Of a stretch of DNA of 64,000 nucleotides, positions 51,491 to 60,488 are shown one piece after another. Position 1 is the first letter of the stretch. Every line of letters starts with the position of its first letter. The stretch spans positions 288,001 to 352,000 of the forward strand of contig OY762654.1 of the NCBI GenBank assembly GCA_963666205.1. Reading direction: 5' to 3'. The position numbers and the translations under genes were made by a program. The DNA is from Synergistales bacterium. Lineage in GTDB: Bacteria; Synergistota; Synergistia; Synergistales; JAFGMB01. The notes beneath the pieces are model-generated. The model was given only the letters and a program-made list of their open reading frames with translations, was not told the DNA's origin and ran no database searches.

Positions 51491-52206
51491 TGATGATAAT
51501 ATATCCAGCGATAGATCTATACAATAATGGAGTTGTGAGATTGTTCCAGGGCGAATATACCCGAAAGACAACCTATGATTTTTCTCCAATTGAACTGGCC
51601 AGGAATTTTATTCAACAGGGAGCCGAATGGATACATATAGTAGACCTTGAGGGTGCAGAGAAAGGCCATCCTATCCACTTGCCACTTGTTGAAAAGATAG
51701 TATCAGAGGGGATCAAGGTGCAGGTGGGAGGAGGGCTACGTAGTATACAGGATATCGATTTGGCCTTTAAGACGGGTGCTTCCAGAGTTTATGTAGGAAG
51801 CCTTCTTGCCAGAGATTCACTGGCTGCACAGAAATTGTACGACTGTTGGGGCGAAAGGATAATTCCGGCTGTAGACATCAAGGATAACGGAATAGCTATC
51901 TCAGGGTGGCAGGAAACCGTGAAGGAAGATCCTTACTTTGTTTTATCTGCTCTTGCTGCTATCGGATACCAGGATATGCTTATAACATCCGTGGCAAAAG
52001 ACGGTACATTTCTGGGACCGGACCTGACCTTGTACAAAAATATTCTTCAGGTAATACCATTGATAAGGATTATAGCCGCCGGAGGAGTAACCTCGGTAGA
52101 AGATGTTCTGGAACTAAAAAAAGCCCATTGTTCGGGGGTAGTCATTGGAAAATCGCTTTACGAAGCAAGAATCAATCTTAAAACACTTCTGGAGGTTATC
52201 CGTTGA
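51487..52206 (+). CDS. hisA: ProFAR isomerase
   Basis: [27 protein letters not shown]. Confidence 0.95.
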   Translation: MMMIIYPAIDLYNNGVVRLFQGEYTRKTTYDFSPIELARNFIQQGAEWIHIVDLEGAEKGHPIHLPLVEKIVSEGIKVQVGGGLRSIQDIDLAFKTGASRVYVGSLLARDSLAAQKLYDCWGERIIPAVDIKDNGIAISGWQETVKEDPYFVLSALAAIGYQDMLITSVAKDGTFLGPDLTLYKNILQVIPLIRIIAAGGVTSVEDVLELKKAHCSGVVIGKSLYEARINLKTLLEVIR

Positions 52207-52961
52207 TGCTGACCAAAAGAATAATACCATGCCTGGATGTCAAAAATGGAAGAGTGGTAAAGGGAGTGAGATTTAAAAATCTTAGAGATGCTGGGAATCC
52301 GGCTCAATTGGCTGAATTTTACATGAAAGAAAATGCAGATGAACTTGTTTTTCTTGATATTTCCGCTTCATGGGAAAAACGCAGAACCATGCTGAAATGG
52401 GTTCAGGATGTGGCCGACTGTATTTTTATTCCTTTTACAGTGGGAGGAGGTATTTCCTCTCTTGAACAGGCAAGAGAGATTATCAGCTTTGGAGCAGACA
52501 AGATCTCTCTCAATACTGCTGCAGTCAAAGATCCTCAACTTATCAAAGAATGTGCGGGCCTACTTGGTTCTCAAGCTGTAGTAGTTGCCATCGATGTTAA
52601 ATTAAACATACAGGGTAACTGGGAAGTTTATATAGAAGGTGGCAAAACCCCCACCGGTAAAGATGCCATAAAGTGGGTCAAAGAGGTAGAAGGGCTTGGC
52701 TGTGGGGAGATCCTGCTTACTTCGATGGATAAAGACGGAACAAAATCCGGGTATGATAATGAAATTATCAGAACGATCATGTCATCAATAAAGATCCCCC
52801 TTATCGCCTCTGGAGGTGCTGGTGAGATGGAACACTTTCTTGAGACTTTTAATGCCGGGAGTGATGCAGCCCTCGCAGCCTCTATCTTTCATTTTGGTGA
52901 GATTCGTATCAATGAACTGAAAACATATCTTCACAAACATAATATCCCCGTCAGAAGGTGA
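52203..52961 (+). CDS. hisF: Imidazole glycerol phosphate synthase cyclase subunit
   Basis: [32 protein letters not shown]. Confidence 0.97.
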   Translation: MMLTKRIIPCLDVKNGRVVKGVRFKNLRDAGNPAQLAEFYMKENADELVFLDISASWEKRRTMLKWVQDVADCIFIPFTVGGGISSLEQAREIISFGADKISLNTAAVKDPQLIKECAGLLGSQAVVVAIDVKLNIQGNWEVYIEGGKTPTGKDAIKWVKEVEGLGCGEILLTSMDKDGTKSGYDNEIIRTIMSSIKIPLIASGGAGEMEHFLETFNAGSDAALAASIFHFGEIRINELKTYLHKHNIPVRR

Positions 52962-53590
52962 TCAGAAGAATGACAATTCCTGAAGGATGCCTCAAATTTA
53001 ATGATAGTGGTCTTATTCCAGTAATAGTACAAGATAAGTGGACATCAGAGATCCTGATGATGGCATATGCGAATTTACAGTCTCTGGAAATGACAATTGA
53101 AACAGGAGAATTACATTTTTACAGTAGATCAAGAAAGTGTATATGGCACAAAGGAGAAACTAGCGGTAACCGCATGATGCTGTGTGATCTTGCAGTTGAT
53201 TGTGACGGGGATACCCTACTTGCAAAGGTAGAACCCCTCGGTCCAGCATGTCATACAGGAAACAGAACCTGCTTCTACAGAAACATTATCAGGTCTTCAC
53301 TTCCTGAGCTTTCATTTTTGAGCATTTTATGGGATCAGTTAAAACAAAGGAAAGATGCTTCACCGGCTGAAAGTTATACCGCAAGTTTATTAAATGAAGG
53401 CAGAGAAAGAATAGGACAAAAGGTAGGGGAAGAGGGTGTAGAAACTGCAATCGCCATCGCAACCGGAAACACTGCACAGGTTTCTTATGAGACATCAGAT
53501 CTTTTTTACCACACTATGGTGGGGTTAGTTTCCATGGACCTTGATCTGAAAGATATCATTTCCGAGTTAATGAAAAGACATAGGACTTAG
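52958..53590 (+). CDS. hisIE: Bifunctional PR-AMP cyclohydrolase / PR-ATP pyrophosphatase
   Basis: [30 protein letters not shown]. Confidence 0.95.
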   Translation: MIRRMTIPEGCLKFNDSGLIPVIVQDKWTSEILMMAYANLQSLEMTIETGELHFYSRSRKCIWHKGETSGNRMMLCDLAVDCDGDTLLAKVEPLGPACHTGNRTCFYRNIIRSSLPELSFLSILWDQLKQRKDASPAESYTASLLNEGRERIGQKVGEEGVETAIAIATGNTAQVSYETSDLFYHTMVGLVSMDLDLKDIISELMKRHRT

Positions 53591-53599
53591 GGAAAAAGG

Positions 53600-54349
53600 T
53601 TACCAGGGCCAGATGATCTTTCTTCCATTTTCATGCCTCAAAGCCATGGCTATCTCATTAAAGGTGGGGCAATCAAGGAGCATTCTGGTACAATTGGCCC
53701 TTGAAATCGTTTCCAGCTTGTGGGAATCAGAAGATCGAATGATCGAACGGTATGGATAGGCATTTTTAATCTTTACTGCTTCTTGAGCAGTAATATTACA
53801 TGATAATTCCAGCGCATCTACGTTAAATTCAAAGGGTATTGGCCCAAGAACTGCAGGAAAGGAAAATGAAGGACGGTCTATGTGAGCAAGAATCGAAATG
53901 GCATTATGCCTTTTTGACTGATCCAGAACTTCTTCAATGCTGTAAGATACCCCTTGGACAAGCAGCGTGTCAACCTCGTCCAATATGTTGTTAAACCGAT
54001 CGATAATCAACTGATATCCGAATACTTCAGGCCTGTTAAGCACATTTCTGAACCCTTTTCTCAACCAGGTCTGGTATTTTTCAGCTGCTGAAAGCTCAGG
54101 GAAAATTAGAACGACGTGGATATCCTCAGCCGTCTGGACCTCAATTCCAGAGAGAACGGCAGGGCCTTCCGGACCTGCCGCATCTTGAATAGCCCTGACA
54201 TTTGAACATTCATTATGATCTGTAATTGCTATAAGGTGTATACCCTGGTCTATAACCTGTGCAATAATCTCGGGGGCTCCCATTTCCAGTTCCCCACAGG
54301 GGGAGAGAACCGTATGTACATGGAGGTCGACAAAGTACTCGGAAAGCAT
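53600..54349 (-). CDS. PHP domain phosphoesterase
   Basis: DLHVHTVLSPC, ITDHN, GIEV, AHIDR, SSDSH metal ligands. Confidence 0.88.
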   Translation of the reverse strand: MLSEYFVDLHVHTVLSPCGELEMGAPEIIAQVIDQGIHLIAITDHNECSNVRAIQDAAGPEGPAVLSGIEVQTAEDIHVVLIFPELSAAEKYQTWLRKGFRNVLNRPEVFGYQLIIDRFNNILDEVDTLLVQGVSYSIEEVLDQSKRHNAISILAHIDRPSFSFPAVLGPIPFEFNVDALELSCNITAQEAVKIKNAYPYRSIIRSSDSHKLETISRANCTRMLLDCPTFNEIAMALRHENGRKIIWPW

Positions 54350-54351
54350 TA

Positions 54352-54687
54352 TCAGCCTCGAAGACCAAGGTCATAAAGTCTGTAACACAGGGTGAAAGAT
54401 GACTCTTCCGATATGGCCAGAGCAATATTTTCCATATCACATCTCGTCTTCAGATCAGCCATTACAGGTCTTCCCGAGGCTACTATTATCAGGGGTATCT
54501 CCTTCAGTACAGCAACTGCTGCGACATTAAGATGGTTCTGTACTGTTATCCAAATGGAACCAGATTTTGCTTTGCCTATGATAAAACTCATAAGATCACC
54601 CGAGATCACGCTGGTAATTTCCCTGTTTTCATCCCCACAGCATATCAGGTCAAGGGAAAGGACTTCTGCTACATCAGATATTTTCAT
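54352..54687 (-). CDS. Stand-alone DRTGG domain protein
   Basis: GDLMS, IWITVQNHLNVAAVA; fold like the HPr-kinase N-terminal domain. Confidence 0.8.
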   Translation of the reverse strand: MKISDVAEVLSLDLICCGDENREITSVISGDLMSFIIGKAKSGSIWITVQNHLNVAAVAVLKEIPLIIVASGRPVMADLKTRCDMENIALAISEESSFTLCYRLYDLGLRG

Positions 54688-55997
54688 CTTTTTCTCCTCG
54701 GCCCCCTGAGTGTATGGGGCATTTTTTCTGACAGATCGACGATTTCCCTGCCAAGATCAGTAATTGTCTCCCTGAGTTTGAAAATACAATCTGTGACTTC
54801 ACCTCGCCCCCTGACGACGTCTTCGGCCATAGCCCGACATGAAGGCCTTCCACAGGAACCACAGTTTATATTTGGGAGTTCAGAATATATCCTGTTAAGT
54901 TCTTTTAGTCTTTCCATGGCCTTGTTAAGATCATCTGAAAGAGGTTTTTTCTGAGAAGGTCCAATATTCTCTTCCAGTTTCCATATCATGGAATCACTCC
55001 ATTTTCTTATGTCAGACAATTCTTGATCGGATATGTCCCAGCAGAAATCGGTATGTTCAATACGAAGTTTGGAAAGGAATCTCGACTCGGCATTTCCAAC
55101 TCCTCCAATACAGCCGAGATCGCAGGCTCGACATTCAATGTAATCTATCCCACTGAGTCTTCCAAGTTCCATTTCTTTAAGCAGGTCCATTGTATTTCTG
55201 AGACCTGCTACAGAAATAGTTCTCAACGGACGTTCAGAAAAATACTTTATGTGGGATGATTCCCCTCCTGCAATACTCCATTTAAGCCACCTGTTATTTA
55301 CTACAGGCTGTACAGAATCGGATATCTTAGGGCCTCCTGCCAGTAGCGCTCTTACTAGTCTTTGTACAGAAACTGCAAACTTCATATTACTTTTTTTTCT
55401 GCCTACAGGGTTCCTTACAAGGGTTATTTTTGCTGGACAGGGTGAAAGAAGCGTCACATCATCGTTGTTACCTGTCAATTCTCTTCTAAGAGAGATTCCG
55501 ACTTCAAGCGGAGAATCGACTGGAACCAACCTGCCTGTCAATTCAGGATACTTGATCTGAATGAGTCTTATGACAGCTGGACAATAAGTTGAAATAAGGG
55601 GATGATTCACGGAACTTTCCTTTTCCAGCATTTTGGCAATGGTAAATGCCACAACATCATATGCAAGAGAAGCAGATTTGATAAGATCTTCAACGTTCCA
55701 GGACGAAAGGGCTTCCTTGATCAGCGATTGAGAACGATATGCTCCCATCTGAACATAAAAGGTAGGGTCTGCGATCAACAGGGCATTTTCCTGAGAATGA
55801 ATGAGTTCCCAGTCATCCTCATCGATAGTAATAGCATTGTGAGGGCAGTTGCGCATACACTCTCCACAGTCGATACAGAGTTCCGGGATTATCTGAACGC
55901 AACCTTCAATCACCCGCATTGCCTCAGTTGGACATGATTTGATACAATTTGCACAGCCTACACAAAGCGCATCCTGAACCTTAATTCCCCCTGCCAA
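54684..55997 (-). CDS. Putative sensory (group D-like) [FeFe]-hydrogenase-family Fe-S protein
   Basis: N-terminal 2x[4Fe-4S] motifs; H-cluster-like STYCP, SPCPAK, ECRACDLGCIGG; C-terminal CxxCxxxxC-x16-C. Confidence 0.8.
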   Translation of the reverse strand: MAGGIKVQDALCVGCANCIKSCPTEAMRVIEGCVQIIPELCIDCGECMRNCPHNAITIDEDDWELIHSQENALLIADPTFYVQMGAYRSQSLIKEALSSWNVEDLIKSASLAYDVVAFTIAKMLEKESSVNHPLISTYCPAVIRLIQIKYPELTGRLVPVDSPLEVGISLRRELTGNNDDVTLLSPCPAKITLVRNPVGRKKSNMKFAVSVQRLVRALLAGGPKISDSVQPVVNNRWLKWSIAGGESSHIKYFSERPLRTISVAGLRNTMDLLKEMELGRLSGIDYIECRACDLGCIGGVGNAESRFLSKLRIEHTDFCWDISDQELSDIRKWSDSMIWKLEENIGPSQKKPLSDDLNKAMERLKELNRIYSELPNINCGSCGRPSCRAMAEDVVRGRGEVTDCIFKLRETITDLGREIVDLSEKMPHTLRGPRRKR

Positions 55998-56445
55998 TTT
56001 CTCTCCCCCCAGCCATACTTTTAAAAAGGATTACAGCTTGAACCCTTGTACCTTTACCAACCTCAGATATGATATCAAGATTGTCTGTATTTCTCTTTAT
56101 ATTTGAGAGCCCCATACCTGCTCCAAATCCAAGTTCTCTAATTGCATCAGAGGCTGTGGAATATCCTTCCTGCATTGCAAGTTCTATGTCGGGGATTCCC
56201 GGACCATTATCCTCCGCAATTATTTGTATTTTTTCCGGAGACACCAGGCAAGATATGGTACCTCCTCCAGCGTGTATTACAAGGTTCATTTCAGCTTCAT
56301 AAGCGACAATAGATGCTCTTCTAGTCAAAGAAGAAGGGATACCCATCATTTCAAGAGATCTTTTAAGCTTAGTGGAAGCTGTTCCTACATTAATAAAATC
56401 GCCTCCATCAATATGGTATTCTTCTATGTAAACATCAGAAACCAC
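55981..56445 (-). CDS. RsbT/SpoIIAB-like anti-sigma Ser/Thr kinase (HATPase_c)
   Basis: EAEMNLVIHA N-box, DNGPGI G1, GYSTA, GAGMGL G2, GKGT. Confidence 0.88.
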   Translation of the reverse strand: MVSDVYIEEYHIDGGDFINVGTASTKLKRSLEMMGIPSSLTRRASIVAYEAEMNLVIHAGGGTISCLVSPEKIQIIAEDNGPGIPDIELAMQEGYSTASDAIRELGFGAGMGLSNIKRNTDNLDIISEVGKGTRVQAVILFKSMAGGREIGRGN

Positions 56446-56448
56446 AAT

Positions 56449-56814
56449 TTACACCTCTCTGTCTGGAATGGTACAGGGCAGAACCCCTTCCTTGAATAAC
56501 AAGCCACATGTTTCAAACATGCTTTTATGACAAAGAAGTACTGGCATATCGAGACTAGAAGCAAGTTGGATAGCTTCTTTCTGTGGTTTTTTCCCTCTAA
56601 CAAATATAACAGCAGGGATATCTAGCATTTGAGCAGTTCGAATGATCTGAACGTTTGTCAATCCCGTGAGAAGTAAGGAGCCAGGCCTCGCGAAGGCGAG
56701 GACATCGCTCATCAGATCTGCTCCATAGGCATATTCAATCTCGATTTCTTCAAGCAGTTCTTTACCAAAAAGGATTTCTGCATTTATAAAATGTGCAATT
56801 TCACTTAACCTCAT
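56449..56814 (-). CDS. Stand-alone DRTGG domain protein
   Basis: ADLMSDVL, LLLTGL.N.QIIRTA, FVRGK.P. Confidence 0.82.
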   Translation of the reverse strand: MRLSEIAHFINAEILFGKELLEEIEIEYAYGADLMSDVLAFARPGSLLLTGLTNVQIIRTAQMLDIPAVIFVRGKKPQKEAIQLASSLDMPVLLCHKSMFETCGLLFKEGVLPCTIPDREV

Positions 56815-56953
56815 TGTGTCAAATCAGCTCCCTTTCATTCGTATCTGAAAATACAATTTCTTCTATTCATTCAGAAAGTTGTATTGATAATGGCAAATCC
56901 ACCAAAGAACTGTTTATACGTGCAATCTGAACCAGTTGCAGAAACTGAACGGA

Positions 56954-57451
56954 TTAACGCTTATATTTTATGATATTTTTGAGAAGTCCTACCCTTTCAT
57001 CCTGATCTTTCTCTGTCTCAATTCCCCTGGGACTAAAACCGTCTATAACCCCGATAATGCCCCTTCCCTGTTCTGTCTCACAAACTATTACCTGTATAGG
57101 GTTAGCCGTAGCAGCAAAGATCCTGCATACTTCCTGACAATTCTTTATTCTGTCGAGAACATTTATGGGATAACCGTCTTTTATCACAATTACAAAGGAA
57201 TGGCCAGCACTGATCTTTTCAACATTTGAAACAGCAGAATCTATCATTTGCCTTGAATTACCATCCCATCTTATCAGGCAGTCTCCAGAAGCTTCACAGA
57301 ATGCTAACCCAAACTGAAGGGTAGGAGAAGATGTAATAAGTGCTTCATACAGATCCTCCACTGTCTTGATAAAATGACTCTGACCTATGATAATGTTTGA
57401 ATCCTCTGGAATATCGAGTTCCGTTAATATCAGGTTTTTGATTTCAGCCAT
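56954..57451 (-). CDS. Adenosine-specific kinase family protein (DUF355)
   Basis: [46 protein letters not shown]. Confidence 0.85.
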   Translation of the reverse strand: MAEIKNLILTELDIPEDSNIIIGQSHFIKTVEDLYEALITSSPTLQFGLAFCEASGDCLIRWDGNSRQMIDSAVSNVEKISAGHSFVIVIKDGYPINVLDRIKNCQEVCRIFAATANPIQVIVCETEQGRGIIGVIDGFSPRGIETEKDQDERVGLLKNIIKYKR

Positions 57452-57531
57452 AACAACACCTCCATAATATCTGTATTTTTTAAAAATGACCTTCCCTGAG
57501 AGTAAAAGAATACACCCAATTTATCTGCACT

Positions 57532-58365
57532 TTATAATATTAATTTATTTGTCATATTCTTACTATACTCTTCATTTTTTAAAAGAAAATCAACTAATTT
57601 TGGGATACCCAACCTGACATCTGAAGGATACTCTACTCGTGAAACAGCTTTTACCTGAGAAATAGCATTGGAAGGACAAACTCCAAGATCACTTTTATCA
57701 AGCATTTCAAGGTCGTTCATATGATCTCCTAGAGCTACAATAATATCAGGGTGAATAGTCTGCATTGCGAGTAACTCAGCCAGAGCATTACCTTTTGAGA
57801 CTCCGAATGGCAGGATATCAAGAAAGTTTTTTCCAGCCCATGTTATATGGATGTCCCTTTCTGTAATATCTGGACAATTCCTGAGGAATGACTCTGCCTT
57901 GATAAGGATTTCGGGATGTCCATAGAGGATTATCCTGGCAGGGTCAAAACGAATGTATGGTTTCTCTAGTTCGGGTCGGACATAAATCTTTAGAGAATTG
58001 AAGAAGATAGGTGTTTTAATGTCTTCCTTCCTGCAGATTACCTGGTTTCCATGAAATATCTGTATTTCCACATGCATATGCCATATTCTCGAAAGGACTG
58101 TATTTGCGATTCCAGGCATAAGAGTCTTTTCGGATATTATCCTGCCAGCTGATATTTCGCATATCTGGGCTCCATCTGAAAAGATACCCAGGTAATAAGG
58201 CTCTATGGTTTTGATAACATCCAAAGAAGATTGCATTATTCTGCCTGTAGCAAGTACAATTTCCCAACCATTCCTTTTCAGTCTTTTCAGAGCCGTAACA
58301 ACGGCTTGGTTCAATGGACCATCATTGATTAAAGTTCCATCAATATCTGTCACCAGGATTTTCAT
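57532..58365 (-). CDS. Cof-type HAD-IIB family hydrolase
   Basis: DIDGTL, ATGR, SKGNAL, GDHMNDLEML. Confidence 0.9.
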   Translation of the reverse strand: MKILVTDIDGTLINDGPLNQAVVTALKRLKRNGWEIVLATGRIMQSSLDVIKTIEPYYLGIFSDGAQICEISAGRIISEKTLMPGIANTVLSRIWHMHVEIQIFHGNQVICRKEDIKTPIFFNSLKIYVRPELEKPYIRFDPARIILYGHPEILIKAESFLRNCPDITERDIHITWAGKNFLDILPFGVSKGNALAELLAMQTIHPDIIVALGDHMNDLEMLDKSDLGVCPSNAISQVKAVSRVEYPSDVRLGIPKLVDFLLKNEEYSKNMTNKLIL

Positions 58366-58407
58366 CCATTACTCCTTTTTGTGTAATTGTATTTCAAAGT
58401 TTACCAG

Positions 58408-58446
58408 ATAAAAAAACGGGATGAGTGCTTACGCACCATCCCGTAT
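58408..58446 (-). terminator. Terminator after skp
   Basis: ACGGGATG..CATCCCGT followed by U-tract. Confidence 0.7.
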
Positions 58447-58490
58447 TGGATTTACACCAGAGCCATGTTTATTTTAACAGAATAGAATAT

Positions 58491-58934
58491 TTAATTCCCG
58501 GCATTCTTCTTTTTCAGTTCCTGGATAACATCGTTGGTTATATCTATACCTCCAAAAAATACCTGGGCCTTATCAAGAACAAGGGTAATGTTCTTTGTTT
58601 TCGCTACAGTCCTTACAGCAAGTTCAATTTCCTTGAAAAGGGGAGCCATAAGTTTCTGTTCTTCCATTGCGGCTTCCTGTTTTTTAGTCTGATATATCTG
58701 TGCTTTTTTATCATTATCTTTTTCAGCTTCAATTGCGATCTTTGCTTCATTCTGTTTAGCCGTAAGTACCGATTTGACCCTCTGTTGGGTTGCAGCAAAT
58801 TTTGGATGCTGGAAAAGGATCTTCTGTGGTTCTATTACACCAATCTTTTCGGCTGCCAGTGCGATACTTGTCCCCAGGAACGATAATAATACTGCTACTG
58901 ATACTACCAATACTACCTTTTTAGCCATAAACAT
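58491..58934 (-). CDS. OmpH/Skp family outer membrane chaperone
   Basis: Signal peptide, KIGVI, coiled coil, LVLDK..VFFGGIDIT..VI. Confidence 0.85.
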   Translation of the reverse strand: MFMAKKVVLVVSVAVLLSFLGTSIALAAEKIGVIEPQKILFQHPKFAATQQRVKSVLTAKQNEAKIAIEAEKDNDKKAQIYQTKKQEAAMEEQKLMAPLFKEIELAVRTVAKTKNITLVLDKAQVFFGGIDITNDVIQELKKKNAGN

Positions 58935-59101
58935 AATAATTCCTCCTTAACACCCGTAATTCCTGATAGGTATGCATTTTAACGTTAGACAAATAATAAG
59001 TCCAGGTAAAATTACCTAAAGTCTTTTTAACTACCACTCATATTAAATATATAACCAGAAAATATTCTACCCTTTTATAGTCTTTCTCCCCCTTTTGCAG
59101 A

Positions 59102-59782
59102 TCAATATGCTGAAATAGTCCATGTAATTGCACCAACAACACGCCCTCCAGAACTGAATATAGCTTTACTGCATACATTAAGAGTCGACCCTGTTGTTGA
59201 AACATCATCTACCAGTAAGAATTCCTGTCCTTGAACTTCTGAAGTTAGACATTTAACGGCATTTTCTGGCATATTTCGCCGTTCTTTTTGAGTCTTACCT
59301 ATTTGAGAGTTCATATCAGATCGCCAAGTCAAAAAATCAAGTACCGGGTTTCCCCAGATTTCAGAAATACCCTGTGCTATAAGTTCTGCCTGATTATAGT
59401 TTCGCATGCTTTTTCTGTGCAACGGGACAGGAACCAGCAAACAGTTCTTGAACTGCTTCACTTTCTTTGCAAGGGCCCTTCCCATGATCCGACCTAGAAA
59501 GGCATTATTCCGATATTTGATATCAAGAACAATCTTTCGGTTAATCCCTTCATGAAGATTTCCAGCAATTACTGGAAACGCACATCGATGGACAGAACAG
59601 GGATAAGGTCTTCCGCAAATGTGGCATTTTGCTATGAGCGGAATAACCAGCGAAGTCATACATTCTTCACATCCCGCCGTCCCGAGTTTCCCGCAAACCG
59701 GGCAGGAATTAGGGAAAAATAGATGAATGAAGCTTTCTTTTACAATACGAACCCCTGTACATCCATATGAAAAAAGACTCAT
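59102..59782 (-). CDS. ComF family protein (Zn ribbon plus PRTase)
   Basis: CPVC..CEEC..CHIC, VPVPLH, RNYNQ, LLVDDVSTTGST. Confidence 0.88.
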   Translation of the reverse strand: MSLFSYGCTGVRIVKESFIHLFFPNSCPVCGKLGTAGCEECMTSLVIPLIAKCHICGRPYPCSVHRCAFPVIAGNLHEGINRKIVLDIKYRNNAFLGRIMGRALAKKVKQFKNCLLVPVPLHRKSMRNYNQAELIAQGISEIWGNPVLDFLTWRSDMNSQIGKTQKERRNMPENAVKCLTSEVQGQEFLLVDDVSTTGSTLNVCSKAIFSSGGRVVGAITWTISAY

Positions 59783-59801
59783 GGCAATAAGAAACTCAAG
59801 T

Positions 59802-60227
59802 TCATGAATATTCTATAGGACATCTCAACAACATCATAGCTCCTTCATCATCTGTGAAACCATGTTGTTTCAAAAACGGACCAAGTTCACTGGTATAAGT
59901 AATGATCAAAGGTATATCCTTTACTGCTGGATGAAAGATTGCATAGTTTAGCAGTGCAGAACCAAGTCCTTTACCCTGATGATCGGGATGAACCATGATG
60001 TCCCACAAAGAAGCCCTGAATACGAAATCTGTCAGGATTCTGCAGAACGCAATCATATTTTCTTCATAATATACAGAAAAACAGAGACTTGAAGAATTTA
60101 TCATTCGATCTATCTGTTCAAGAGAACGACCTCTGCCCCACCTGGTAAAAGTATAAAGGTGCTGAAGCTGGCCAGAGGAAACAGCCCTTTTACTATCGTA
60201 GAATCTATAGCCCTGTACTGTTAACAT
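59802..60227 (-). CDS. GNAT family N-acetyltransferase
   Basis: DIMVHPDHQGKGLG acetyl-CoA motif A. Confidence 0.88.
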   Translation of the reverse strand: MLTVQGYRFYDSKRAVSSGQLQHLYTFTRWGRGRSLEQIDRMINSSSLCFSVYYEENMIAFCRILTDFVFRASLWDIMVHPDHQGKGLGSALLNYAIFHPAVKDIPLIITYTSELGPFLKQHGFTDDEGAMMLLRCPIEYS

Positions 60228-60230
60228 GGG

Positions 60231-60458
60231 CTACTGTAGCTCCTCAAAAACAGATCTGGAGCATCTGTAACAATCCGGCATACCTGCCACTATTTTGCTC
60301 AAATCAGTTTTAGTAACATCTGAGGCTACAGGCAACTGTAAGACCTGACCCACACCACAATATGGACAGATCCAGTTAACGCGCGCTATACCATCCTTAT
60401 CGGGCATACCGGAAAGGATCTTAACTTCTCCACATATCTGACATCCTACTATTAACAA
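60231..60458 (-). CDS. Small hypothetical protein with three CxxC motifs
   Basis: CQIC, CPYC, CYRC; strong AGGAGGG RBS before TTG; fills the operon gap. Confidence 0.65.
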   Translation of the reverse strand: MLIVGCQICGEVKILSGMPDKDGIARVNWICPYCGVGQVLQLPVASDVTKTDLSKIVAGMPDCYRCSRSVFEELQ

Positions 60459-60488
60459 GGAATATCCCTCCCTTGTATCTCAAAGTTG

